Made by a program: the position numbers and the translations under genes. The notes beneath the pieces were generated by a model. That model had not been told where the DNA came from, did no database searches, and saw only the letters and a program-made list of their open reading frames with translations. Positions 1 to 10,032 of a stretch of 64,000 nucleotides of DNA are shown piece after piece (position 1 is the first letter of the stretch; each line of letters starts with the position of its first letter). Origin of the DNA: an uncultured Acidobacteriota bacterium (GTDB taxonomy: Bacteria; Actinomycetota; Acidimicrobiia; Spongiisociales; ZC4RG35); NCBI GenBank assembly GCA_963828465.1, contig CAWHEU010000025.1:96001-160000 (forward strand), written 5' to 3'.

Positions 1-168
1 CAACTCGAGAAGGGGGAGCGACCGAACGGCGGAACGGACCGACTGCATCTCCTGCATCTCGGCGGCGCACTTCCCACAGGTCGCTAGATGCGCCTGGAGC
101 TGGTCGATCTCGTGCCTCGCCAGCTCTCCGTCGAGATACGCGCTGATGAGCTCACCGGCGTGGCTCAC
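1..168 (-). CDS. Zinc-finger (zf-HC2) anti-sigma factor, N-terminal part; runs off the window edge
   Basis: Manual translation from GTG at 168 (GTGA overlap with the sigma stop): VSHAGELISAYLDGELARHEIDQLQAHLATCGKCAAE, which contains the HxxxCxxC ZAS motif. Confidence 0.85.
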   Translation of the reverse strand, partial: MSHAGELISAYLDGELARHEIDQLQAHLATCGKCAAEMQEMQSVRSAVRSLPLLEL

Positions 169-665
169 GTCAGTGACTCCCTGAGGAGTTTCCGGCCGCG
201 GTGGATTCTGCTCCGCACCGTCCCCACCGGCACCGCAACGGCTCGCGCGATCTCCTCGTAGGACAGGCCGACGATGTCACAAAGGACAACCGCCTCCCGG
301 AACTCGTAGGGCAGCTCGAGTAGAGCCTTCTGGACATCGTCTCCGATCGAGATCCGCGAATACTCGACATCGGCCGATGGGCTGCTGGCCATCTCCCACC
401 TGTCGACCTCGTCCGGCAATGGGGCGGTAGGGCGCCGGTTGCGCTTTCGAACCTCGTCGAGAAATGCGTTCCTGGTGATTCGCCAGAGCCAGCCCTCGAA
501 GCTGCCGGGCTGGTAGGCGGCCAGTCCTTTGCGGACCCTGAGCAAGACTTCCTGAACGAGATCTGCGGCGTCGTCGCTGTTCCCGGTGAGCCGGTAAGCG
601 AAGTTATAGATCTTCCGTCCATAGACACGCGCAACCTCTTCCCAGGTGAGTGGGACGGACTCCAT
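165..665 (-). CDS. ECF RNA polymerase sigma factor (SigE-like)
   Basis: Region 2 (AADLVQEVLLR...FEGWLWRITRNAFLD) and region 4 (GLSYEEIA...VGTVRSRIHRGR); anti-sigma gene directly downstream. Confidence 0.92.
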   Translation of the reverse strand: MESVPLTWEEVARVYGRKIYNFAYRLTGNSDDAADLVQEVLLRVRKGLAAYQPGSFEGWLWRITRNAFLDEVRKRNRRPTAPLPDEVDRWEMASSPSADVEYSRISIGDDVQKALLELPYEFREAVVLCDIVGLSYEEIARAVAVPVGTVRSRIHRGRKLLRESLT

Positions 666-716
666 CTCGGAGACCTAGCTCAACAACGCCGCGGCGGCGT
701 GTTTGGGTTCCAGCGC

Positions 717-953
717 CTAGTCCGGTTTTTCCGCGTCCGGGGCTGTCGTCTCAGGAGCGGGCTTGTCCTCGGCCGGTACCTCCGAAGCTTGAGCCTCGGC
801 ATCGTCCTCGGAGCCCTCCGACACGCCCTTGCGGAACTCCTTGGCAGAGGCCCCCAGGGACCTGGCCAGGTCGGGCAGCTTCCTCGCTCCAAAGATCAGT
901 AGAACGATGAGCAAGACGATAAGAAGTTCTTGGGCTCTCAATCCGCTGAACAA
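717..953 (-). CDS. tatA: Twin-arginine translocase TatA/TatE subunit
   Basis: ELLIVLLIVLLIFGARKLPDLARSLGASAKEFRKG signature; RBS AGGAGG upstream. Confidence 0.93.
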   Translation of the reverse strand: MFSGLRAQELLIVLLIVLLIFGARKLPDLARSLGASAKEFRKGVSEGSEDDAEAQASEVPAEDKPAPETTAPDAEKPD

Positions 954-1009
954 ATCTAGCCCTCCTTTCCTCGCATCTTACCCATGGTCTGGTTCGAGAC
1001 AGGATGGAT

Positions 1010-1942
1010 TCATCCGAGAGCCATCGAATCGATGAACGCCTGGCTTCTTTCCCTCGTGATGAATCGGATCCGTCGATCCTTGTCCTCGATGTCGTGTGTG
1101 ACGAAAGGCCCGTATTTGTCGCTGATGAGCATGGCCCGGTCTGCCCCGGATGTGGCGAACTCGGCCACGAATTTGCGCACCGTCTGCTCACTCAGCTCGG
1201 GGTGCTCGCCCGGGCGGTAGTTCTCGGTGCGGATGAACGTATTGATACCGGCCTTGTTCGCCATATAGACGTCGGGCTCTCCCTGCGCCGCCACCTTGTA
1301 TCCGAACAGCTCGAGCAGGCCCAGCACGAACTCGGGGCCACTGACGACATCGGGATCGACCCCGCGGGCCCGCAGGCCGCGATCGAGGCCGAGAGGCACT
1401 TTGAGCTCTTCGCGCAACGGACCCAACTCATCGGAAGGAACGCGGACCGCCGTGTCGTAACTGACCGTGTGGTCGACCTCGAACTGGGAAGCAAACGGGT
1501 CCCGGGCTATGTGGGTCAGATTGAAGACTTCGCTCTCCATCGGCGGCGGCAGCTGGCCGGGGGAAGGAAGGGCGGTGCGACCTATCTCCCGGACATCGTC
1601 TCTCCCGGCGAACACGACGATCTCGGTTACGTCCGAGATCGGGAGCGTGTGGCGTTTCTCCCTCACTACCTCGACGGCCTCGTCGACGAGAAGTTCGTTC
1701 AGCACCTGGTCCTCGACGTCCGGCAACGGGACATCGAAGGACACCCGCGCCTCATTGCCATGAACATGGAAGTCCCGAACCGGGGCCGTGCGGATCGACG
1801 GCTCGACCTCAGGGGTTGGTGCGCGGAGCCAGGACTTGTCCTCCAGATCCATGCTCGCAGCCCTCTGTCGCTGCCGATACAGGCTGAAGCCGATCACGAC
1901 CAGGATGATCAAGGCGAGAAACGCCAGGCCTACACCCTCCAT
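1010..1942 (-). CDS. Membrane-anchored hypothetical protein with possible C-terminal Mrr-like (restriction endonuclease fold) domain
   Basis: N-terminal TM helix; the C-terminal EFVLGLLELFGYKV...VRKFVAEFATSGADRAMLIS pattern resembles Mrr_cat. Confidence 0.5.
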   Translation of the reverse strand: MEGVGLAFLALIILVVIGFSLYRQRQRAASMDLEDKSWLRAPTPEVEPSIRTAPVRDFHVHGNEARVSFDVPLPDVEDQVLNELLVDEAVEVVREKRHTLPISDVTEIVVFAGRDDVREIGRTALPSPGQLPPPMESEVFNLTHIARDPFASQFEVDHTVSYDTAVRVPSDELGPLREELKVPLGLDRGLRARGVDPDVVSGPEFVLGLLELFGYKVAAQGEPDVYMANKAGINTFIRTENYRPGEHPELSEQTVRKFVAEFATSGADRAMLISDKYGPFVTHDIEDKDRRIRFITRERSQAFIDSMALG

Positions 1943-1975
1943 CGAGTTTCCCTCTCTCTCACGGCCTGCATGATT

Positions 1976-4075
1976 CTACGGACCCGGCTCGGACTCAGAA
2001 GCCGGGTCATCCTCGACAGCCTCCATGTCCCCGAGCCAGATCTCGGCGGTCGGCTCGTCGGCGCCGGCATTGAGACGCTCGATCATCCGGTCCTTGGAAG
2101 TGATGGTGCCGAAGGCTGTCACCACATCGCCGTTTCGGAGCACAGTGTCACCACTGGGCACCTGGACCTCTCGCTCCCTCCGGATCGACACCAGGGTCGA
2201 TCCTTCGGGCCAGGCGACCTCCCGGATCGAGCGGCCGTCGGCCATCGATCCCGGCGGGATGCGGAACTCGTAATACCCGGCGCCCGGGGCGGTGCGCTGG
2301 GCCAGACGCGCACGCTGCAACTCGACATCGGTGCTCGAGGTCAGCGCCTCGTGATAGGCGCGGACTGCGTCCTCTCGTCTGAAGACCCCTACCAGGCGCT
2401 CCGGATCGTCCTCGGACACCACCGGCAGCCTTCCGACACCGAGCACGGCCATGCGCTCCAGGGCTGTGGACACCGGCGTGGTCTGCACCACCGTGGCCGG
2501 TCGGTGAGTCATGGCATCGCCCACACAGTCCTGATCATTGCCGGCCCGGGCGATGTCCGAAAGTGTGATGATCCCCACCAATCGACCGTCCTCGACGACG
2601 GGTAAGCCATGGGATCGGGTCCGGTGCAGCCTCTCCTCCACCTCGGCCAGCGCATCGCCTGTCGCACAAACTTGCGGCTCAGAAGCCATGACCGAGCCGA
2701 CATCGATGGTGTCGAGCAGGTCGACCTCGCCAGTCCTTCGCACGTTGATGCCCATGTGGTCGAGGATCATCGTGTAGATGGAGTCGGGATGAAAACGCTC
2801 GGCGAGGAAGGTGCCGAGAGTCGCCGTGAGCATCAGCGGCAGGATGAGTTGGTAATCCCGGGCCCCGGTGACTTCGAAAACCATCAGGATGGCGGTGAGC
2901 GGCGCCCGCCCCACCACAGCGAACATGGCGGCCATGCCGACAACAGCGAAGGCGCCCGACTCGATCGGAGACGGCCAGATCTCGCCCACGAGCAAAGCGA
3001 ATCCCGTTCCGACGGCTGCGCCCATGAACAGCGATGGCATGAAGGCGCCACCCGATGCGCCCGAGGTGGTGGTGAGACTGGTGGCGACGGCTTTGCCAAT
3101 CGCAAGGAGGATCAGGGTCCACCACACCGAGGAGCCCACATCACCGGCAAGGAGTCCGTTCATGACGGACTGACCCGTCCCGAACAACCTGGGCTCGAAG
3201 AAGATCAGCCCGGCGACGAGTAGGCCGGCGATGAGCGGGCGGACAAAGCCCAGTGCCCGAGCGCGGGGGCGGAGAAAGCTGTCGAGACGGCCCAGTCCGT
3301 TCAGGAAAAGCACTCCGATCAGGACGATGGCGAGCGCGAGACCGGCGTAGAGGATCAGCTCACTGAATTCCTGGAGCCGGTACACATCGGTCTGGAGTTC
3401 CAGTTGCTCGCCCACAATCGTCCGCGTGGTGACGGCGGCGGTGATCGAGGCGATGACGATGGCGGACATGTGTCGGGCCGCGAACGACGAGAGGATGACC
3501 TCGAGGGCGAAGAGCATGCCGGCAATCGGGGCGTTGAAAGCGGCGCCGATCCCCGCACCGGCCCCGGCCGCAACCAGGGACCGCACCTGATCCTCTCCGA
3601 GGTTGAAGCGACGGGATATGACCGAGCCAACGGCGGCCCCGATCTGGACGATGGGTCCCTCCCGGCCCGCCGAGCCGCCGACGCCGATGGTGGCCGCCGT
3701 GGCCAGGATCTTCAGCGGGATGACCCGGCCCCGCATCCGACCGCTGTGCACCTCGAGGGCGGCCACGGACTCTGGCACTCCGTCGCCGGCGACCTCCGGC
3801 GCAAATCTTCGGGCGAGGAACCAGGCGAAGAGAAAGCCGGTCGGGACGGTCAGAAAAATCCAGGGATGGCCTTGGTCGATTGCGAAAGGGAGGAAGAACT
3901 CTTCCAACCAGTCGACGAGGTAGATGAGCGCTGCCGCCCCCAGACCAACTCCCACACCCACCAAGGCGGATATAGCGAGGAATCCACCCATCTGTCTTTC
4001 GGCGAGAACGCCAACTGCGGGGAGACGGCGGATGCTCTCCAACGGCTTGGTCACGTGAAGGCAGAGTATTCCCAT
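1976..4075 (-). CDS. ClC chloride channel/antiporter with CBS pair and C-terminal TrkA-C (RCK_C) domain
   Basis: GDGVPE, GREGP and GGAFMP motifs; CBS domains; C-terminal VPSGDTVLRNGDVV TrkA-C motif. Start uncertain. Confidence 0.92.
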   Translation of the reverse strand: MGILCLHVTKPLESIRRLPAVGVLAERQMGGFLAISALVGVGVGLGAAALIYLVDWLEEFFLPFAIDQGHPWIFLTVPTGFLFAWFLARRFAPEVAGDGVPESVAALEVHSGRMRGRVIPLKILATAATIGVGGSAGREGPIVQIGAAVGSVISRRFNLGEDQVRSLVAAGAGAGIGAAFNAPIAGMLFALEVILSSFAARHMSAIVIASITAAVTTRTIVGEQLELQTDVYRLQEFSELILYAGLALAIVLIGVLFLNGLGRLDSFLRPRARALGFVRPLIAGLLVAGLIFFEPRLFGTGQSVMNGLLAGDVGSSVWWTLILLAIGKAVATSLTTTSGASGGAFMPSLFMGAAVGTGFALLVGEIWPSPIESGAFAVVGMAAMFAVVGRAPLTAILMVFEVTGARDYQLILPLMLTATLGTFLAERFHPDSIYTMILDHMGINVRRTGEVDLLDTIDVGSVMASEPQVCATGDALAEVEERLHRTRSHGLPVVEDGRLVGIITLSDIARAGNDQDCVGDAMTHRPATVVQTTPVSTALERMAVLGVGRLPVVSEDDPERLVGVFRREDAVRAYHEALTSSTDVELQRARLAQRTAPGAGYYEFRIPPGSMADGRSIREVAWPEGSTLVSIRREREVQVPSGDTVLRNGDVVTAFGTITSKDRMIERLNAGADEPTAEIWLGDMEAVEDDPASESEPGP

Positions 4076-4112
4076 CCCATCGTTTCACGGACTCACGTCA
4101 CAGAATGGGCCC

Positions 4113-4946
4113 GTGCGATTCCGATCTCACGTCTTACGACCTCTCGAGCCGGAGAGCCCGTGGAACCGGTTGGTGCTCGCGCTGGCTGCCCTCGCCGGGA
4201 TCGTGGGTGCTTACCTCACGCTGGCTCAGGATGCCGAGCCACTCCTGGCCATCGAGGCCGCAGGCACGGCTTTCCTGTCATGGGCGCTGGCCCGAGAGAT
4301 CGACCCGGATCGCCAGATCCCCGCTTTGGTGCTCGCCATCTTCGGTGGGGCCTGGGCGCTGCTCGGATTCGAGACGGCCATCCTGCCTTTCACCGCCCTG
4401 CTGATGTCGACGAGACTCGTGGTGGAAACCACCGGGCGGCGCCCACTTCCCACCGACCTGGCCGGGCTCGCCGTCGTCGCCACGGTCGTCTCCTTCACGC
4501 CATTGGGGTGGGTGATGGGGTTCGGACTGGCCGTGGCGATATACGTCGACGCCCGGATGGCAGAGGAGCCCAACCGCTCGGCTCTCTTCGCGGCGTTGGC
4601 TGGGGCGATCGGTTCGTCGGTCGTGGCCAGCCTCAGCGGTACCTATCCCAGGACCCTCCCCACGGTCGACCCTCTTGTCATGGCCGCGTTGGGTGTGCTC
4701 GCACTGATCGCTGTGCTCCGGGAGCCGCTCGAACCGGTTTCATTCGTCGACAGCCGGACCAAGAAGTTCCTGCGGCGAGACCGGCTTCAGGCGGGCCGTG
4801 CCCTCGCGGCGATCCTTGTGTTCCTTGGCGCGCTCGTTTCGGGAGCGATTGCTCCGGCGGTGGTGCCGATGACCCTGGTCGTCGCCTCTGCCCTCGCCTC
4901 TACCGAGGTGGAGCGTCTACAACGAGCAAGCAACCACCCCGGGTAG
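4113..4946 (+). CDS. Multi-pass membrane protein of unknown function
   Basis: 277-aa hydrophobic ORF with WALAREIDPD motif. Confidence 0.75.
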   Translation: MRFRSHVLRPLEPESPWNRLVLALAALAGIVGAYLTLAQDAEPLLAIEAAGTAFLSWALAREIDPDRQIPALVLAIFGGAWALLGFETAILPFTALLMSTRLVVETTGRRPLPTDLAGLAVVATVVSFTPLGWVMGFGLAVAIYVDARMAEEPNRSALFAALAGAIGSSVVASLSGTYPRTLPTVDPLVMAALGVLALIAVLREPLEPVSFVDSRTKKFLRRDRLQAGRALAAILVFLGALVSGAIAPAVVPMTLVVASALASTEVERLQRASNHPG

Positions 4947-4956
4947 CGTGGGCGGC

Positions 4957-5172
4957 ATGTGCAGATCGATAAAAGTACTAAGGGAGGGCGCCACCCCGGC
5001 TCCCACCGAGGAGATTGAGGCGGCAGCGCTTCAGTTCGTCCGCAAGATCTCAGGATTCAGCCGACCGGCCGGCCACAACGAGGACGTCTTCCACCAGGCT
5101 GTCCACGAGATCAGCGAAGCCTCGATGCGCCTGCTCGACGGGCTGGAGATCCGGGGAGCCAAGGCCTCCTAG
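4957..5172 (+). CDS. DUF2277 family small protein
   Basis: MCRSIKVLR...[15 protein letters not shown] signature. Confidence 0.85.
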   Translation: MCRSIKVLREGATPAPTEEIEAAALQFVRKISGFSRPAGHNEDVFHQAVHEISEASMRLLDGLEIRGAKAS

Positions 5173-5786
5173 GTCTGGTCCAACCCTGCCGGCACCCGGC
5201 TCGGCGCCATGATCGAGTCGACCAGGCCGTATTCGACCGATTGCTCGGCGGTCAGCCAGCGATCACGATCGGTGTCTCTGGTGACGGTCTCGACCGTCTG
5301 GCCGGTGTGACGGGCAAGGATGACATTCATCTCCTCCTTCTGCCGGACGATCTCCTTGGCGTGAATCTCTATATCCGAAGCCTGGCCTTCTAGCCCGCCC
5401 CCCATCAGATGAGGCTGATGGATGAGCACTCGGGCGTGGGGGAGGACATACCTCTTCCCCGGGGCCCCGGCGGCAAGGATCACGGCTGCCGCTGAAGCAG
5501 CCATTCCGATGCAAGCGGTCATCACCTCTGGCTTGATGTGCTGCATCGTGTCGTAGATCGCCATCATCGAAGACATCTCCCCTCCGGGCGAGTTGATGTA
5601 AAGAGCGATGTCCTTGTCCGGGTCCTCGCTCTCGAGATGGATCAACTGAGCGACGATCAGGTTCGCCGTGTCGGCGTCGACCGCTCGGCCGAGGAACATG
5701 ACACGATGCCCGAGCAGCCGTGAGTAGATGTCGTATGCCCGCTCTCCCCTGCTCGTCTGCTCGATCACGGTCGGTATCAGCATCAT
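5169..5786 (-). CDS. clpP: ATP-dependent Clp protease proteolytic subunit
   Basis: [36 protein letters not shown] (catalytic Ser), LIHQP (His), DRDRWL; RBS AAAGGAG. Confidence 0.95.
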   Translation of the reverse strand: MMLIPTVIEQTSRGERAYDIYSRLLGHRVMFLGRAVDADTANLIVAQLIHLESEDPDKDIALYINSPGGEMSSMMAIYDTMQHIKPEVMTACIGMAASAAAVILAAGAPGKRYVLPHARVLIHQPHLMGGGLEGQASDIEIHAKEIVRQKEEMNVILARHTGQTVETVTRDTDRDRWLTAEQSVEYGLVDSIMAPSRVPAGLDQT

Positions 5787-5798
5787 CTTCTCCTTTGT

Positions 5799-5851
5799 GC
5801 AACCCATCGGTTGCGGGTAAGCATAACACCCACGCGCAACTGCTAAGTTGC
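5799..5851. promoter_or_regulatory. Two GCAAC-N6-GTTGC palindromes (putative ArsR-family operators) between divergent clpP and SRPBCC-arsR
   Basis: gcaacccatcggttgc at 5799-5814 and gcaactgctaagttgc at 5836-5851. Confidence 0.65.
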
Positions 5852-5855
5852 AGGT

Positions 5856-6272
5856 ATGCAGGAAGAGCGTTTCGAAGAGCTGGCAGGTGACATCAGCGTC
5901 GAAAGGACCGTCACCCTCCCCGCCGACCCGGGCACGGTCTGGGAGCGTCTCACCGACGAGAACCTGGTCGGGGACTGGATGGAGGGTGATGTCTCGATCG
6001 ACGCCCGCCCCGGTGGCGTCATAACGATGACTCCGGAGGAGGGGGCGCCGGTCTGGGGCACCGTCGAGGAAGTCGTTCCCGGTCGTCGCCTCCAGTGGAG
6101 CTGGCGGACCGACGATGGGCTCCCCACGCAGGTCGAGATCGAACTGGAACAGGTGGAGGAGGGCACCACCCTCATCGTCCGCGAGACCCTGCTCCCGTGG
6201 ACGATCACAGGTCTTCCCCCCCAGTGGGGTGGATCCCCTTTTCCGAGGGCTTCTCTGTCCGTAGCGGCCTGA
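5856..6272 (+). CDS. SRPBCC/AHSA1 domain protein
   Basis: [19 protein letters not shown]...[16 protein letters not shown]...GTTLIVRE. Confidence 0.85.
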   Translation: MQEERFEELAGDISVERTVTLPADPGTVWERLTDENLVGDWMEGDVSIDARPGGVITMTPEEGAPVWGTVEEVVPGRRLQWSWRTDDGLPTQVEIELEQVEEGTTLIVRETLLPWTITGLPPQWGGSPFPRASLSVAA

Positions 6273-6577
6273 TGATCCCCCACGAGGTCTTCGCCGCCCT
6301 GGCCGACCCGACCCGTCTCGAGGTGTTGAACCGTCTGGCCGACGGGGGGCCGGCCACTGCCACCGAGCTGTCCGCTGCAATGCCCATCTCCCGTCAGGCG
6401 GTGACCAAGCATCTCGCCGCCCTGGACGCCGCCGGTCTTGTCGAACGACACCCCTCCGGACGAGAGGTGCGCTACACCTTCGATCCAGAGCCCTTGGGAG
6501 ACGTCGTCAAATGGGCTGAGAAGGTCGGCGACACCTGGGACCAACGTCTCGGACGGCTGAGTCGCAGCGTCGAATAG
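6272..6577 (+). CDS. ArsR/SmtB family transcriptional regulator
   Basis: [14 protein letters not shown]...[19 protein letters not shown]...GREVRY; TGATG overlap with the upstream gene. Confidence 0.9.
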   Translation: MIPHEVFAALADPTRLEVLNRLADGGPATATELSAAMPISRQAVTKHLAALDAAGLVERHPSGREVRYTFDPEPLGDVVKWAEKVGDTWDQRLGRLSRSVE

Positions 6578-6584
6578 CGCGAAA

Positions 6585-6712
6585 CCCGCAACCTCAGGTT
6601 CCGTGGCCCGGATACGGGTCGAACTGCCTCACGTACGGGACCCTTCGATCCCGCTCGCGGCGAACTCGAGACGATGCGGCCGAATTATGAACCAGGAACC
6701 TGAGGTTGCCCG
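6585..6712. mobile_element. MITE-like element (120 bp) with 14-bp terminal inverted repeats and a 4-bp flanking duplication
   Basis: CAACCTCAGGTTCC (6589-6602) / GGAACCTGAGGTTG (6695-6708), flanked on both sides by CCCG; lies between convergent genes. Confidence 0.55.
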
Positions 6713-7585
6713 CTAGGCCAGAAGCAGGGTGCCCACGCCGAGCCGCTCTGCGTTGACGAGGGCGAGGTGGGCGGCGGCGACATCCTGCGCGGCCACCCCG
6801 ACACTCTTGAAGACCGTCACGTCCTCGGCGATCTCGGGGCTGGTCCCGTCGAGCAGCTCGCGTAACGAGGTGTCGGGCAACCTCCCGGCCTGGATCAGGT
6901 CGCCGGCTTCTTCGGCCGCCGCCGAGAGGTCGTCGACCACCACATAGGCCCGCTCGAGCAGATCGGGCGCCAGCTCGGCCATGTCCGGCGTGTAGGCGCC
7001 GATGGCATTGACGTGGGCGCCTTCCCGAACGCTCGCCTCGGCCAAGATGGGGGATGTCGCCGGGGTGGCACATGAGATCACATCGGCCTGGGCGGCGGCT
7101 TCGGCGGCATCGTCGACGTGCTCGCCGCCGACCATCTCGGCGAGCAATCTCGCATTGACCGGATTCCGGGACCAGACCATGACCCGATCGATCGGCCGGA
7201 CCGTCCGCACCGCCTCGATCTGGTCGAAGGCCATCGCCCCCGCCCCGAGCATGGCCAGCGTGCTCGCTTCGCTGGTCGCCAGCAACGCCGTGGCAAGCCC
7301 GCACACGGCGCCGGTCCGGATGGCGGTGAGAGTCGGCCCGTGGACCAGGCCCAGAGGGGTCCCGTCGGGTGCGAATACGACCACCAGGCCGGCGGGATCC
7401 CCGGGCACGGTCGAAACCACCTTGACCGCGATGATGTCGTCGAGCCTTCCCGGCATGACCAGCGAACTGCCGACAACGGTCCGGAGCGGGGTTTCCGCCT
7501 CGGCGGAGAAGGCGTGCTCCATCGCCCGGATCGCATCGGACATAGGGAGCGCCTGCCGGGTTTCGGCAGAATTCAGGTACCGCAT
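6713..7585 (-). CDS. Ornithine cyclodeaminase/mu-crystallin family protein
   Basis: LTAIRTGAV, GAGAMA, HVNAIGAY, TVFKSVGVAAQD motifs. Confidence 0.9.
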   Translation of the reverse strand: MRYLNSAETRQALPMSDAIRAMEHAFSAEAETPLRTVVGSSLVMPGRLDDIIAVKVVSTVPGDPAGLVVVFAPDGTPLGLVHGPTLTAIRTGAVCGLATALLATSEASTLAMLGAGAMAFDQIEAVRTVRPIDRVMVWSRNPVNARLLAEMVGGEHVDDAAEAAAQADVISCATPATSPILAEASVREGAHVNAIGAYTPDMAELAPDLLERAYVVVDDLSAAAEEAGDLIQAGRLPDTSLRELLDGTSPEIAEDVTVFKSVGVAAQDVAAAHLALVNAERLGVGTLLLA

Positions 7586-8823
7586 CAGGCCAGGACGTTC
7601 TTGACTGCCACGTCGATCGGCTCCCGATCGACGGAGAGGAAGGTCATCGGGACGTCAGTGTCGAACTCGATGGAAGCTCCGGTGTAGGCCTGGGCGACGA
7701 GGGATCCGATCGATGGAGCGAGCTTGAATCCATGTCCGGAGAACCCGTTGGCGACCCAAAGGCCGTCGACACCCGAAGGGCCGACAACGGGATGGACGTC
7801 CTCCCGGTTGATGGTGTACAGACCGGCGACTCCGGAGACGCCACCCCTCGCCTCCAGCCCCGGGACGCGGTGGTGGAAAGCGGCCAGCTTGATCTCGGTG
7901 AAGGCGGCGTCAGGAACCCGCTTGTAGTCGTCGGGATCTTCGATCACCTCCTCCTCGTCCTCGGCCAGCACCGATCCAACCAGGACCTGCTGTCCCCCGG
8001 TCTCGGGCCGGAAGTAGATGCCGGTCGTGGCGTCGGCCCCCACGGGCACCGGGCCCAGGTCCCGGGGCCAGGACCGGTAGACGGTCTGGATCCGCGTCGG
8101 AGTGAGGGTCCAGCGCAACTCTGCGCCGGCCATCGCATTGAGCTGGTTGCACCATGGCCCTGCCGCGTTGACCACCAGTTCCGCTGAGATCTCGGTCCCG
8201 TCCTCGAGTCGGACCCCGGTCACGCGACCGTTCTCCTTCAAGACTTCAGTCACCTTGGAGTTGAACTCGACGGTGCCGCCCAGACGTCGGGTGGCCTCGA
8301 TCAGGTCCTGGTTGGCCCCGACTGGCTCGGCATAACCTCCGAGACTCTCGTAGAGGAATGCCTCGCCGGGGGCACACTGATGCTCGATCTCCCCGGTGAG
8401 GTCGAAGGGCACACCACAGGTGGAGAGGGATGGGAACAACTCGGTCACGTCATCGGGGCCAATGGCCTCCGCTTTCACCCCTTCACCCATGAGCTTGTCG
8501 GCGTCCGACCCGACCTGCTCCTGGCTCTCTCCCATCATCCAGAGGACGCCGACCCGCTGCAGCCCCGACCTCGGCTCGTCCAGGCCGGTGAACTCGGCCC
8601 AGTTGCCATACGCCTCTTGGCCGTGGAAGGCGAGACGGACCACCTCTGGATGTGTGTAACGACAGCGGCAGATCGATGATGACGCGCCGGTCGAGCCTTC
8701 GGCCGGGCCTTTTCCCTTGTCGAGGGCGACCACACTGCCCACGCCGTGACGGGCCAGCTGGTAGGCGATGGAGGACCCGATGATGCCGGCCCCCACCACG
8801 ACCACGTCGGCCGTGCGCTTCAT
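7585..8823 (-). CDS. FAD-dependent oxidoreductase (DAO/sarcosine oxidase beta-like)
   Basis: VVVGAGIIG, VVNAAGPW, GFSGHGFKLAP. Confidence 0.9.
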   Translation of the reverse strand: MKRTADVVVVGAGIIGSSIAYQLARHGVGSVVALDKGKGPAEGSTGASSSICRCRYTHPEVVRLAFHGQEAYGNWAEFTGLDEPRSGLQRVGVLWMMGESQEQVGSDADKLMGEGVKAEAIGPDDVTELFPSLSTCGVPFDLTGEIEHQCAPGEAFLYESLGGYAEPVGANQDLIEATRRLGGTVEFNSKVTEVLKENGRVTGVRLEDGTEISAELVVNAAGPWCNQLNAMAGAELRWTLTPTRIQTVYRSWPRDLGPVPVGADATTGIYFRPETGGQQVLVGSVLAEDEEEVIEDPDDYKRVPDAAFTEIKLAAFHHRVPGLEARGGVSGVAGLYTINREDVHPVVGPSGVDGLWVANGFSGHGFKLAPSIGSLVAQAYTGASIEFDTDVPMTFLSVDREPIDVAVKNVLA

Positions 8824-9827
8824 GGAACGGCGACCCGGTAGTCGCCAGCCTCCTCGTCCCAGGTCAGCTCGATCTGGCCCTTGGTCGCGGCGGCCTTGCA
8901 GAACTGGAGGAATCCCGAGTAGCCAAACTTCTTCTCCGTGAACGTCGGATCCTTCTTGCGGAGCTGGTTCTTGAGACCGGACAGATAGACCGGAGAGCTC
9001 TTCTTCGACAGATCGGTCACCACCTCGACCAGTTGGTCGAAGGCCGCGCCTTCCCCTGATCCCTCAGACGGGAACTGGACTATTGGATCCCCACGCCCCG
9101 GCCCTTCCGAAGTCTCGATCACGCCCTGGGACTCCAGATGGTTAAGCAGTTCCCCGAAGGCCCGGAACCCGTAATCGGCTTCGCTGAAGGTTGAGTCCTT
9201 TCGCAGCAGGGCACGCTTCAAGGACGAAGCGAGAACCTCTCCCCCACCGCTCCTGAGAAGACCCGAAAGGGTCGTCGTTATCAGCGACGCCAGCTCCGGG
9301 GTCGTTTCGTCGACTTGCTCGCCCTCCTCGACCGGCGCGCTGACCCGGCTCGGCTCGACACCATCCAGGTTCTCATAGAAGAGGAACTCATCACAGGCGG
9401 GCGGAAGCAACGCCGAGGTCGATGCCTTGACCCCGACACCGATCACCTTCTTGTTCAACTCGCGCAGCTTGTGGACCAGTGGGGTGAAGTCGGAATCCCC
9501 GGTGCAGATGACGAAGGTCGTGATGTAGTCGCGTTCGAAGGCGACCTCGATGGCGTCGACCACCATTTTGATGTCGGCGGCGTTCTTGCGGCTTGCCCCC
9601 ATCCGCTGCGGGATCTCGATGAGCTCGATGTGACTCCGCGTCAGCTTCTGACGGGCATCGGAGAACATACCCCAGTCGGCATAGGCCTTCCGGGTGACGA
9701 CGCGGCCCCGCTCGGCGAGGGCATTGCCGATCGGCTCGAAGTCGAACTCCATCCCCCCCAACGCCTCCCGCACGCCGATGGCCAGGTTCTCGAAGTCGAC
9801 GAACAGGGCAATGCGCTCTTCTTCCAT
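8820..9827 (-). CDS. NYN (PIN-like) domain protein with C-terminal LOTUS/OST-HTH domains
   Basis: ALFVDFEN, KNAADIKMVVDA, TGDSDFTPL, ACDEFLFYE; two LOTUS-like repeats (FSEADYGFRAF, FTEKKFGYSGF). Confidence 0.9.
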   Translation of the reverse strand: MEEERIALFVDFENLAIGVREALGGMEFDFEPIGNALAERGRVVTRKAYADWGMFSDARQKLTRSHIELIEIPQRMGASRKNAADIKMVVDAIEVAFERDYITTFVICTGDSDFTPLVHKLRELNKKVIGVGVKASTSALLPPACDEFLFYENLDGVEPSRVSAPVEEGEQVDETTPELASLITTTLSGLLRSGGGEVLASSLKRALLRKDSTFSEADYGFRAFGELLNHLESQGVIETSEGPGRGDPIVQFPSEGSGEGAAFDQLVEVVTDLSKKSSPVYLSGLKNQLRKKDPTFTEKKFGYSGFLQFCKAAATKGQIELTWDEEAGDYRVAVP

Positions 9828-10032
9828 GCGAGCAAGCGTAGGCGAGCAACAAAGGGCATTTGATCGTGAATCACCGCCCCTCATGTCGGAGCTTCGAGGC
9901 CGAGATCGATCTGTGACGCAAAGGCTGACCCTCTTGGGTGGGAAGCACCTTCCTCGCATGGAAGGGAACGGAGCCACCGAGTGGTCCCGCTGCCTGACGC
10001 CGCTCGTCTCCTACCCTTTATGTCCTGGTTTC

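Noticed and set aside
1004-2605. Long antisense ORFs (e.g. 1004-2605, 3404-4972, 53980-55281, 62330-63181)
   Set aside because: Shadow ORFs typical of GC-rich DNA, overlapping well-supported genes on the opposite strand or frame.
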